Assembly (NCBI GenBank): GCA_035717985.1
Contig: DASTHW010000013.1
Location: 7,656 to 71,655, forward strand
DNA: 64,000 nt
Direction of reading: 5' to 3'
Source: Candidatus Saccharimonadales bacterium
Lineage (GTDB): Bacteria; Patescibacteriota; Saccharimonadia; Saccharimonadales; UBA10212
Position 1 is the first letter of the stretch. Each line of letters begins with the position of its first letter. The translations under genes and the position numbers were made by a program. Under the pieces are notes generated by a model. That model was not told the origin of the DNA and ran no database searches. It saw only the letters and a program-made list of their open reading frames with translations. Shown here in pieces: positions 17,888 to 26,807 of this stretch.

Positions 17888-18982
17888 ATGGCCGACGACA
17901 AACTAGCCCAACTGTTAAAGACCCAGAAGTCGCTGACCGAGTGGCTGGATGACATTCAACATAAAGATGCCGAGGCTATCAGAAAAGAAGATAATGATAA
18001 ACGCGAGCGGCTTAAGGTTTTAAACGAAGTTATTGGCCTGCCGTTTGATAAGCCTACCCAATTTACGGCTGTCGAATTAGCCGAAAAGTCGCCCGCTTTC
18101 ACTAAATATTTAAGCCAACACGGCCAAGAGCTTTGTGCATTAAGGCTAATTCCTAGGGCTGACGGCTTACCTAAACTGCGGATGCGCGGCAAGACTGTCG
18201 CCGGTGCCTATGAGTGGTTTTTAGAGCAAAATATTGAACCGGCAAAATACAGAGCCGACTTTATTCCCCACCCGCCAGATTACGCCTGGGCTACCATTTT
18301 TGTGGTCAACAAAAACGGCATTCAGGGCGAAATCATCTGGGGCGGCCATCACCAGCTAACCCAAGGATTCCACGATAGCAAGCGGCCGCATATTTTTAGA
18401 TATGATTTCGCGAAGTGGATGATTTCGCCATCTAGTGTTAAAGCTTTGGCGCACCTGAAGGATCTAGCAAATTTTTTGCATGTGGCAGACAAGTCTAAAC
18501 AATATCAACTCAAAAAACAACTGGGCGCTAGCTTTGTAAACGACTTCCTGGAAGGTTATTTTGAGACTACCGATTCATCTCTTGGAACCTGGTTTATAGA
18601 CTACAGTCCGACACTGGGCAAAATGTACGCCGATATGACCATCACGCCGCCGGTGGCCGCAGGGAAAAAACTTATAAGCGGGCTGTGCGCCTGCCCCGGC
18701 CAGGCTAGTGGTAAAGTCCGCATTGTGCCGTCCAGCGGCGTTGATAAAGATTTTCCGCATGGCGCTGTTTTGGTCTGTGCCGTGACTACGCCGGAGTTTG
18801 TGCCGCTAATGCAAAAAGCCTCGGCCATTGTAACCGACCAGGGAGGTATTTTATCTCATGCCGCCATCGTGGCCCGGGAGCTTAAAAAACCTTGCATTGT
18901 TGGAACTGGCAATGCCACTAAACTGCTTAAAAATGGGCAACCCGTAACCGTTGATGCCGGCGCCGGTACGCTTAGCCTATAA
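17888..18982 (+). CDS. PEP-utilising enzyme family, C-terminal part with phosphohistidine swivel (mobile) domain
   Basis: The C-terminal ~90 aa read GKVRIVPSSGVDKDF...VTDQGGILSHAAIVARELKKPCIVGTG (PEP-utilisers mobile domain with a conserved His). It starts 9 nt after the stop of the preceding ORF. Confidence 0.7.
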   Translation: MADDKLAQLLKTQKSLTEWLDDIQHKDAEAIRKEDNDKRERLKVLNEVIGLPFDKPTQFTAVELAEKSPAFTKYLSQHGQELCALRLIPRADGLPKLRMRGKTVAGAYEWFLEQNIEPAKYRADFIPHPPDYAWATIFVVNKNGIQGEIIWGGHHQLTQGFHDSKRPHIFRYDFAKWMISPSSVKALAHLKDLANFLHVADKSKQYQLKKQLGASFVNDFLEGYFETTDSSLGTWFIDYSPTLGKMYADMTITPPVAAGKKLISGLCACPGQASGKVRIVPSSGVDKDFPHGAVLVCAVTTPEFVPLMQKASAIVTDQGGILSHAAIVARELKKPCIVGTGNATKLLKNGQPVTVDAGAGTLSL

Positions 18983-19523
18983 AGTGCTCTTCGTACAGTT
19001 TGGCTTTTGAGTGCTGGGCGGCAAATTTATTTTTGGCTTTATCTATCAGCTCTAAGGCTTTAACTTCCAGCTTGTCCAAATTAGTTAAAGCCTCTGCCAG
19101 TTCGCTGATTGAGCCGCAAACCTGGTCACAAGTGCTGAATAAAAATGGGTGTTTATAATCAGTCATCAGCACGCCGGCCACCTCTTTAGTGCCGCCGTTA
19201 AAATGCCCGCCGGCCGGCGCGTAGGCAATCACCGGTTTTTTAAAATATTTGGCGATTAATATCTCCTGGCTGGCACCAACGCTAATATCATCACTAACGT
19301 AGACAATCACTACATCCACTTGGTCAATCATATGTACGTCACTGCCAAAGACTAGCTCTAAATTGTCATAATTTTTTTGGGCGCGCGTAGGATCAAAGCT
19401 GATGAACCGTAGGCCAGTCAGTTTAGCAAGTTCTTCTAAAAACTCATCGCGCCAGGTGTGGTTAGCAAAGCCGGAGTGGCCGCGCATTTTGCCGGCGACA
19501 TAGACCTTTAAAGTCTGGTTCAT
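18972..19523 (-). CDS. YtoQ / nucleoside 2-deoxyribosyltransferase-like Rossmann protein
   Basis: KVYVAGKMRGHSG...VIVYVSD pattern resembling the YtoQ/NDT fold; 183 aa. The 5' end overlaps the kinase gene by 4 nt. Confidence 0.45.
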   Translation of the reverse strand: MNQTLKVYVAGKMRGHSGFANHTWRDEFLEELAKLTGLRFISFDPTRAQKNYDNLELVFGSDVHMIDQVDVVIVYVSDDISVGASQEILIAKYFKKPVIAYAPAGGHFNGGTKEVAGVLMTDYKHPFLFSTCDQVCGSISELAEALTNLDKLEVKALELIDKAKNKFAAQHSKAKLYEEHFIG

Positions 19524-20407
19524 ATATAAGCCTCAATTTGCTCCCATTTGTGCTGGGCGGCTTCGTCAAAACCACGACTTTTGAAGTCTTGGTAATCGGC
19601 CACAATATAAAACTGGTGGATGGCGACGGCTAGGTTAATATCAATCTTGGTACCGTCAAAATCCTCCTGCATTTTAGCTACTTTCTCTAGCATTTCGTGG
19701 CCGTATTTGCTCCAAAAATAAAACTCCGCCTCCAGCGGGCCAATTTCGGCTTCCAGCCAGTCAATAACACCGGTGATTTTCTTGGCGGCCGGGTTGACCA
19801 TACAATTGCTCATCTGCAGATCTTCATGGATAAACACCCAGGAATCTTTGGGCTGGCACTGAGCGCAGACATAATCCATAGCCGCCTTGGCCATTTGCTT
19901 GACCCGCTCGTCAACTCCCCCGTCAGCTAAAAATTGGTTGACGAACTGTTGATTTTTATCGGTGCGGTAGCTGGGAATTTTTAAGGCTCCGGCTTCGGCC
20001 ACCGGTATGGCTTTACTTAGTTCGCTCCGTACTGCCACCCAGCTTTTTAAATATTCATCAGTCATGGAATTGGGAGTTTGGTCCCACAGGGCTCCAGGGA
20101 TGGACTTATAGCCAAAATAGCTATAATAGCGGCCGACGTAGTCCGGCTTAGGTACGGCAAAGCTGGTCTTACCAGCAAGCCGCTTTAAAATATTAACTTC
20201 TTTTTCAATTTCTTCGGTTTTTAAGGGGTAATTACGCTCAAATAGGCCGCGCAGGAACCTAAAGACGTATTCATTATTGACTAAAAAGGCGGCGTTGTCC
20301 CAACCGCTACCCAGGTACTTTATCTCGTTGACTTTAAAATTCGGAAAGTCGCGCTCGATATATTTTTTGTATTCGTCTATCAGCAGTTCGGCGGCATACA
20401 TTTCCAT
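19520..20407 (-). CDS. aminoglycoside-phosphotransferase (APH)-like small-molecule kinase
   Basis: Brenner motif IHEDLQMSNCMV and a downstream VIDWLEAEIG (DxD-type) motif; 295 aa. Confidence 0.7.
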   Translation of the reverse strand: MEMYAAELLIDEYKKYIERDFPNFKVNEIKYLGSGWDNAAFLVNNEYVFRFLRGLFERNYPLKTEEIEKEVNILKRLAGKTSFAVPKPDYVGRYYSYFGYKSIPGALWDQTPNSMTDEYLKSWVAVRSELSKAIPVAEAGALKIPSYRTDKNQQFVNQFLADGGVDERVKQMAKAAMDYVCAQCQPKDSWVFIHEDLQMSNCMVNPAAKKITGVIDWLEAEIGPLEAEFYFWSKYGHEMLEKVAKMQEDFDGTKIDINLAVAIHQFYIVADYQDFKSRGFDEAAQHKWEQIEAYI

Positions 20408-20409
20408 GG

Positions 20410-20826
20410 TTAAATTTTAAGCCTTTCCACCCGCAAAGGCCGCGGTACTTTTTTAGCAAAATCGGCGGCACTAAAGTCTTTGAACTCGTACATAACATCG
20501 GCCTGTTCGCTGGCCGGCGTGGCGTAAACAATACGGCTAACTTCCGCCCAAGCCGCACAGGCTAAGCACATCATACACGGTTCATGAGAAGCATAAAGAA
20601 CGGCGCCTGGAATATTGTGGTTACCCAGTTTCTTGCAGGCCTTGATAATAGCTGAGATTTCGGCGTGCAGAGTTGGATTGCCGGTTTCCTGGACGTGCCC
20701 GTGCTCTAAAGCCAAAACTTTTCCGCCGCAAACTACCGCGGCGCCGTAGTTATACGGGGCCGGCTTTTTATTGCCCTCATTTATAGCAAGCTTAAGATAA
20801 TCTTTATCACTCATGGGCGGCCCCAA
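20410..20826 (-). CDS. CDA-fold nucleoside/nucleotide deaminase (TadA/guanine deaminase-like)
   Basis: HAEISAI...PCMMCLACAAW zinc-binding deaminase signature. The likely true start is the internal MSDKDYL. Confidence 0.75.
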   Translation of the reverse strand: MGPPMSDKDYLKLAINEGNKKPAPYNYGAAVVCGGKVLALEHGHVQETGNPTLHAEISAIIKACKKLGNHNIPGAVLYASHEPCMMCLACAAWAEVSRIVYATPASEQADVMYEFKDFSAADFAKKVPRPLRVERLKI

Positions 20827-22034
20827 TTCTTCCGGCAGGTTTCAACATCTAGCTTAAATGGTGAACTCTTGAGCTCTAAATATTTGGCCATAGTATTAAT
20901 AAACCCCGGCGTAAAATCGCTGGGCTTGGCATTCATATCATCAACAACTTCTTTTAGGGGCCGGGCGGTTAGTCCCGATACTTCTTCATTAGGTTTAAAG
21001 CGCCAGCCAGCTGGCGCCTGAGCCTCAAAGATGCCGAACATGTGCCGCTGGCGGGTTTGCTGAACCTCCGGGTTAAATTGCTCGTCAGAGTAAAGCCCGG
21101 TGATGACCTTGGTTAGCGTAATATCATTAATGCCGATTTCTTCGGCCATTTCCCTGATGGCTGAAGGCAGATAATCTTCACCGGCGCTGACATGCCCGCC
21201 CACCGTATGGTCAAACAGCCCGGAATGGTGGTCTTGAATGTATAAATTGCCGTTTTTATCAAAAACATAAACGGCTACGCACCGGTGTAAGATAGCGTTG
21301 GCGTGGGCGGTTTGCCTATCCACCGTCTGGCCGGTGGGCTGATCATGCTCATCTACGATGTCGAATAGTTCACTATCCTCCACCGCTCCGGCTTCAATTT
21401 TTTTGGCGACACATCTTATAAGGCTATCAACTTGGCCGTCGTTTTCATCCTTAACTTCTTCCAGCAGGAGCGGCCGAAACTTACCGGCCAGCAGATTCTT
21501 CGTATAATCAAGCGAAAACAAATGACGGATATGGCCTTTATCCGAAATAAAAACATTATTTCCTGCCTGCTCACCATTACCGAAATGGTGGTCATTAACT
21601 GATTTGCAGGTAAAAGCTAGTAGGCCGCCGGGCTTTAAAATTCGCCAAATTTCATCAAAAATTTTTCTCGTAGTGTCGTCGTCGAAATAATGTAGGGCTA
21701 GGTTGGCGTAAACCGCGTCAACTGAACTATCTGAAAAGGTCAGTGGCTGGCGCATATCGTGAACTGAAAAATCAATGTCGAGCTCTTTAAAGATCTTTTT
21801 GTCTTGCGCTATAGCTACTGGCGAAAAATCGCTAGCCAGGACGCGGTAGCCCTTTTTGGCAAAGAACTCACTTTCCCTGCCCACTCCACAACCCAGTTCG
21901 ACTATAGTGGACCCCTGTCGAAAATATCTTTCGGCGATTGATGCAAAGTGACTGGGCGAGTGGCGCAGGTTTTCGTGTTCTCCTCGGGAGTGCTTGCCTT
22001 CCCATAGGGCTAATTGATCCGGCAGGTTAGCCAT
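20811..22034 (-). CDS. bifunctional fusion: class I SAM methyltransferase (N-terminal) + Nudix hydrolase (C-terminal)
   Basis: VELGCGVGRESEFFAKKGYRVLASDFS (MTase motif I) and a Nudix box GGHVSAGEDYLPSAIREMAEEIGI. Its start abuts the polA stop. Confidence 0.75.
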   Translation of the reverse strand: MANLPDQLALWEGKHSRGEHENLRHSPSHFASIAERYFRQGSTIVELGCGVGRESEFFAKKGYRVLASDFSPVAIAQDKKIFKELDIDFSVHDMRQPLTFSDSSVDAVYANLALHYFDDDTTRKIFDEIWRILKPGGLLAFTCKSVNDHHFGNGEQAGNNVFISDKGHIRHLFSLDYTKNLLAGKFRPLLLEEVKDENDGQVDSLIRCVAKKIEAGAVEDSELFDIVDEHDQPTGQTVDRQTAHANAILHRCVAVYVFDKNGNLYIQDHHSGLFDHTVGGHVSAGEDYLPSAIREMAEEIGINDITLTKVITGLYSDEQFNPEVQQTRQRHMFGIFEAQAPAGWRFKPNEEVSGLTARPLKEVVDDMNAKPSDFTPGFINTMAKYLELKSSPFKLDVETCRKNWGRP

Positions 22035-24704
22035 CTATAGCTCGCCCCAGTTTTTACCGATTGATACATCGGCTTTGAGCTTAACCGGCAGTTTATAAAC
22101 GCCTTCCATAACTTCTTTTAAAATACTGCCGGCTTTTTCAGCTTCATTTGCCGGCGCTTCGGCTAAAATGCTGTCGTGAATCTGCAGAAGCTGTTTAGTG
22201 CCAGATGGCAATTTTTTAGCTACCTCCACCATGGCCAGTTTCATTAAATCGGCGGCCGAGCCTTGCAGGGGCATATTGATAGCGGCCCGGTAAGCCGCCT
22301 CACGGACGGCAAAATTAGGCGAGCGGACATCCGGCGTTGGCCGGCGGCGGCCCAGGATGGTCTCGACATAACCCTGCTCCTCAGCCTGGCGGCGCAATAG
22401 CTGGATAAATTCTCTTAAGGCTGGGCGAATTTCAAAATATTTAGCAATAAATTCGCGGGCTTCATTAAACGGCATGCCGGTACCAGCACTAAGGCCATGC
22501 GGCCCCTGCCCGTACATAATGCCAAAATTAACGGCTTTGGCTGAATATCTTTGAGCTTTAGTAACGTCTTTAGGATCAATACCATACACAAGCGCGGCCG
22601 TCTCTACATGAATGTCAGCGTCGCGGTTAAAGGCGTTAATCATACCCCCGTCGCCAGATAGTGCGGCCGCTAGACGTAGTTCAAACTGGCTGTAGTCGGC
22701 ACTGATTAAAACATTGCCCTCCCCAGCTACAAAAGCCGTGCGGATATTTTTACCCAGCTCGGTGCGCACTGGGATATTTTGCAGATTAGGGTCGGCCGAG
22801 CTTAACCGGCCGGTCTGAGCGACAGTTAAGTTAAAAGTGGTGTGCACCCTAGAATTTTCATCAACCAGTTGAGGTAGAGTATCGACATAGGTGTTTTTTA
22901 GCTTGGCGGCCTCGCGGTAGGCCGTGATTAAATCAATCACCGGGTGGACGCCGCGTAGTTTATCCAGCTCGCTGGCCGCCGTGCTATAGCCAGTTTTACC
23001 GCGCTTAATGCCGGTCGTTGACAGCTGGAGTTTAGTAAACAGGGCTTCTGCTAACTGCGTCGGCGAGCCAATGTTAAACTCGTAGCCGCAGTGGCCATAA
23101 ATTTGTTGTTCAATGTCGCTTAAAGAATCTTCCAGCTGGCCGGCAAACCTTTTTAAATACTTAACATCTAGTTTAATGCCGGCCAGCTCCATGTCAGCCA
23201 GAACCGGAATCAGCGGCCACTCTACTTTCCGAGCCAGCCTAGCGATAGTCGGCGCCTCGGCTAAAGCCTGCATTTGGCCAAGGTAAAGCTCACGGATAAC
23301 GGCTATAAATTCATTGGCTCTGTCCGCTAAATCTTCTGTCGGTACATCATCAAGCGATACGCCGTCCCAGCCTAGGCCGGCCCGGGCTAGTTCACTTAAG
23401 CTTTGTGCTCGTACTAACGGATTGATTAAAAAGGATCCTACCAAAACATCGTGGTCTACGGCTGGTGGCTCTATATCTAGATTTCTAAGGAGTTTGACGG
23501 TACTTTTAGTGTCATAGCCGACGATGCCCTTGTCATGCTTGGCAAAGACCGCTTTTAAGGCAATTTGAACCTTAGTCTTATCCAGCCGGGCTAAATCTAG
23601 CGCGTAGACTCCGCCAACCGAGCCCAAAATTAGGACTTTGGGCAGTGTGCCGTTCTGCCCAGCCGAACGGCTGTGAACAAAAATTGGTTCCTCTTTATCA
23701 AAGGTCAGGCTATCTAGCTGGCTGTCGTTTTTAACGAGCAGATTTTTGGCTAGTTTTAATTTAGAGCCAGCACCGTCCGGGGAGTCGGAGCCGTCTTTCA
23801 TGCTGTCCGGCAGGTTTCTCAGCAGACTGCGAAATTCCAGCTCTTCAAGTAAGCTTCTCAGGTGAGCTGTGTCAATTTTTGTACCGTCCATGGCAGGAAG
23901 ATCCAGCTCTACAGGGGCAGTGCACCAAATTTCAGCCAGTTTTTTACTTAGATAAGCCAGATCTTTGCCGTCCTGTAGTTTTTTACGCAGGCTATCACGG
24001 ATGTCGGGTAGATGCTCGTAAACGCCATCGAGTGTCTTGTATTGCTTGAGTAGTTCGATGGCTGTTTTCTCACCCACACCAGGCACCCCAGGAAGATTGT
24101 CAGAGCTATCGCCTTTTAAGGCTTTGAGCTCTAAAAATTGCCCGGCCTGCAGGCCGTACTTTTTTTCAAAACTCTCGACATGAAATTCTTCAATGTTGGA
24201 AAAGCCGCGCTTCAGCGCGTAAACCCGAACACTGTGATTGATTAGTTGAAGAACGTCTAAATCAGAGGTAATAAGTAGCGTTTCAATGCCCTTCTTCTCG
24301 GCCTTAACGGCCAGTGTGCCCATAATGTCGTCAGCTTCATAATCATCCAGCTCATAAAGCGGCCAGCCAAAGGCAGAAAGTAAGTCATGTAAAATTGGGA
24401 TTTGGGTATAAAAATCCGGCGGCGCAGGCTTACGCCCGGCTTTATAATCCGGATACATATTTAAGCGTTTTCGGATGTTGGTTTTGGGCTTGTCCCAAGC
24501 TACAGCCACATAGTCCGGCTGGAGTTTTTTAATCAGCTCTAGCGCCATAGTGGCAAAACCATACACGCCGCCGGTGGGTATGCCGTCTTTGGTGGCTAAA
24601 TTAGGCAGAGCATAATAACCCCTGTAAAACACACTTTTACCGTCAATAACCGCCAGCTTTTTCTTAGACTCCGCCACTATGCTAACAGTATACGACGGGG
24701 GCAA
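22035..24704 (-). CDS. polA: DNA polymerase I
   Basis: 889 aa with a 5'-3' exonuclease (LAVIDGKSVFYRGYYA), a 3'-5' exo region and a polymerase domain (motif A DYSQFELR, motif B RRxAKAVNFGIMYG, motif C HDS). The start codon is uncertain (TTG/GTG, no clear SD). Confidence 0.95.
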   Translation of the reverse strand: MPPSYTVSIVAESKKKLAVIDGKSVFYRGYYALPNLATKDGIPTGGVYGFATMALELIKKLQPDYVAVAWDKPKTNIRKRLNMYPDYKAGRKPAPPDFYTQIPILHDLLSAFGWPLYELDDYEADDIMGTLAVKAEKKGIETLLITSDLDVLQLINHSVRVYALKRGFSNIEEFHVESFEKKYGLQAGQFLELKALKGDSSDNLPGVPGVGEKTAIELLKQYKTLDGVYEHLPDIRDSLRKKLQDGKDLAYLSKKLAEIWCTAPVELDLPAMDGTKIDTAHLRSLLEELEFRSLLRNLPDSMKDGSDSPDGAGSKLKLAKNLLVKNDSQLDSLTFDKEEPIFVHSRSAGQNGTLPKVLILGSVGGVYALDLARLDKTKVQIALKAVFAKHDKGIVGYDTKSTVKLLRNLDIEPPAVDHDVLVGSFLINPLVRAQSLSELARAGLGWDGVSLDDVPTEDLADRANEFIAVIRELYLGQMQALAEAPTIARLARKVEWPLIPVLADMELAGIKLDVKYLKRFAGQLEDSLSDIEQQIYGHCGYEFNIGSPTQLAEALFTKLQLSTTGIKRGKTGYSTAASELDKLRGVHPVIDLITAYREAAKLKNTYVDTLPQLVDENSRVHTTFNLTVAQTGRLSSADPNLQNIPVRTELGKNIRTAFVAGEGNVLISADYSQFELRLAAALSGDGGMINAFNRDADIHVETAALVYGIDPKDVTKAQRYSAKAVNFGIMYGQGPHGLSAGTGMPFNEAREFIAKYFEIRPALREFIQLLRRQAEEQGYVETILGRRRPTPDVRSPNFAVREAAYRAAINMPLQGSAADLMKLAMVEVAKKLPSGTKQLLQIHDSILAEAPANEAEKAGSILKEVMEGVYKLPVKLKADVSIGKNWGEL

Positions 24705-24740
24705 TTAAACAGCGACCGCTTACGGTAAAATTGGTGAGGC

Positions 24741-25040
24741 CTACTCTATCTCAGTTTCTTCTTGTATGGGAGTCTTGGCTTTTTCGCGGTGCAGAGTTAT
24801 ATCAATTTCCTCTGGTGTCAGCGGCCTGCCTAGCTCCATCTCGAGTGTGAATAACTCATAAATACGCTTAATTTGTTCGTTTTGGTCGGCCAATATTTCA
24901 GCTAGCTGATCCGGCCTAGCCCCTGCTATTTCGCCCCAGGTCCTGTCCCACCTAAGGGCTCTTTCTCGCAAAGGCTCAAGCTTAAGCTCATTTTCCTGGC
25001 TGGGTTCATGAGTCTCTCCACCGGATGTTGTTTCTGGCAT
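24741..25040 (-). CDS. small acidic hypothetical protein (99 aa)
   Basis: An ORF 8 nt downstream of the P-loop kinase gene on the same strand. It is predicted helical and Glu-rich. Confidence 0.4.
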   Translation of the reverse strand: MPETTSGGETHEPSQENELKLEPLRERALRWDRTWGEIAGARPDQLAEILADQNEQIKRIYELFTLEMELGRPLTPEEIDITLHREKAKTPIQEETEIE

Positions 25041-25047
25041 GTTTTTA

Positions 25048-25629
25048 TTATAGACCCAGAGCGGTTTTAGCGGCCTTTGAAAAATCTTCTAAATCGTTAG
25101 AGTCGTTGGTGATAAAAATATCGGCCCGGTCTTTGACACCTTGCCAATTGAGCGTCGCCTCGTCGCCGGCGTGCTGTCGCTCGGTTTGTTCTTCAGCTAA
25201 AAACTGCTCAAAAGATTTTTTATCCTTGTCACCTTGGCCGCGACTCATTACGCGCTGGTAACGGACCGCTGGGTCGGCGTCCACCCAGACCACCTGGCCG
25301 CCTAGAGCGTGAATTTTATCAACTTCCCAGGGGTGACGGATGCTGGAGATAACCAGTCCGTTATATTTTTCTTGGCCGCTTTTTTGCTCATATAGTTCAA
25401 CCGCTTTATCAATGATGGCACCGCGGCTTAGCCTATTCCATTCGGCCGATAGGGCGGCCATGTTTACCCGCTCGGCCGGCAAGCCGCGCCGCGCCAGTTC
25501 CGGAATTATTAAGTCAACTGAGGCTGAGACAAATAGCCAGCCGTAGTCATCGGCCAAAATACGGCTTAAAGTATCCTTGCCCGAGCCGTTTGTGCCGCCA
25601 ATACCGATAATTTTGATCTTCAAGGTCAT
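25048..25629 (-). CDS. P-loop nucleoside/nucleotide kinase-like protein
   Basis: Walker A IGIGGTNGSGKDT at the N-terminus with a kinase-like lid region; 193 aa. Confidence 0.6.
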   Translation of the reverse strand: MTLKIKIIGIGGTNGSGKDTLSRILADDYGWLFVSASVDLIIPELARRGLPAERVNMAALSAEWNRLSRGAIIDKAVELYEQKSGQEKYNGLVISSIRHPWEVDKIHALGGQVVWVDADPAVRYQRVMSRGQGDKDKKSFEQFLAEEQTERQHAGDEATLNWQGVKDRADIFITNDSNDLEDFSKAAKTALGL

Positions 25630-25635
25630 TCTCTT

Positions 25636-26805
25636 TTATTCATAGATGGAATCGCGCAAAGATTGAGCTTCGTCTAAGTTACGTAACCGCGTTAAGGCTT
25701 GAGTTTCAATTTGTCGAATCCGCTCGCGGGTAACGCCAAAGGCTTTGCCGACCTCATCCAGCGTACTCGGCGGCTGTCCGTTTAGGCCAAAGCGCAAAGA
25801 CAAGACGCCCCTTTCCCTTTCGGTTAACGAATCAAGAACAAAATAAAGAGTCTGATTGCGAAGCGATTCGCCCGCACCATCTTCAGGTGCCGGCTCAGAC
25901 TCGTTAGGTAGCAAACTGCCAAAAGTCTCTTCCTCGTCCTCGCCAATCGGCTTGTCTAGAGAAACGGGGATTTGGGCCGACTTCATAATAGCCAGCACAT
26001 CGTCTACTTTCATACCTATATCTTCAGCGATTTCTTCGGGCGATGGCTCACGACTAAGTATTTGAGTTAGGCGACGGTTTGATCTAACAATTTTATGCAG
26101 TTTTTCAACGATATGAACCGGCATCCTGATGGTCCGAGCCTTGTCAGCCAGACCCCTTTGCACCGCCTGGCGGATCCACCAAGTAGCATAGGTGCTAAAC
26201 TTATAGCCCTTTCGCCAGTCAAACTTTTCAGCGGCCCTGATTAAGCCAATCATCCCTTCCTGGATTAATTCCGGAAAGTCCAACCCCTGATTCCGAAAAT
26301 TTTTAGCTATCGATACCACCAGCCTTTGATTAGCTAAAACCATTTCCTCTTTGGCTAAAGAATCTCCCCGCTCGATTCTTTGAGCTAGAGATCTCTCCTG
26401 AGCCGCCGTCAGTAAATCAAAATCTCCAGCCGACCTAAGCATTAACTGCAGAGTTTCGGTTGACGGACGATCCCGCTTTTTAGAGCCAGAACTGGTAGAG
26501 ACATATTGCGGTTCGGCGCTGGCCAGCGGCTCCCTTATTTCAATATCCATCTCTTCAAAAACCTGATAGAAGCTATTTAATTGAGCCGGTTCCAGGTCTA
26601 TTTCATTAGCCACAGCCACCAACTCGTCGGTGGTTATATAACCTTTAATCAGCGCGCTATCTATCAGCTCACTTACCATTGGCAGTGCCAGCACGGCCAT
26701 AACATCGAATAGGCCAGTTTCGACAGCCGGCCTGGCTTGAGCTATGGTCTCAGCCGGAGTCTGGGCTAACTTTTGTCCGGTATTAGCAGGATATGGTTCG
26801 AGCAT
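25636..26805 (-). CDS. RNA polymerase sigma-70 family factor (second RpoD-like paralog)
   Basis: Regions 2-4 are present: [31 protein letters not shown] plus a region-4 HTH ([19 protein letters not shown]). Confidence 0.85.
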   Translation of the reverse strand: MLEPYPANTGQKLAQTPAETIAQARPAVETGLFDVMAVLALPMVSELIDSALIKGYITTDELVAVANEIDLEPAQLNSFYQVFEEMDIEIREPLASAEPQYVSTSSGSKKRDRPSTETLQLMLRSAGDFDLLTAAQERSLAQRIERGDSLAKEEMVLANQRLVVSIAKNFRNQGLDFPELIQEGMIGLIRAAEKFDWRKGYKFSTYATWWIRQAVQRGLADKARTIRMPVHIVEKLHKIVRSNRRLTQILSREPSPEEIAEDIGMKVDDVLAIMKSAQIPVSLDKPIGEDEEETFGSLLPNESEPAPEDGAGESLRNQTLYFVLDSLTERERGVLSLRFGLNGQPPSTLDEVGKAFGVTRERIRQIETQALTRLRNLDEAQSLRDSIYE

Positions 26806-26807
26806 AT

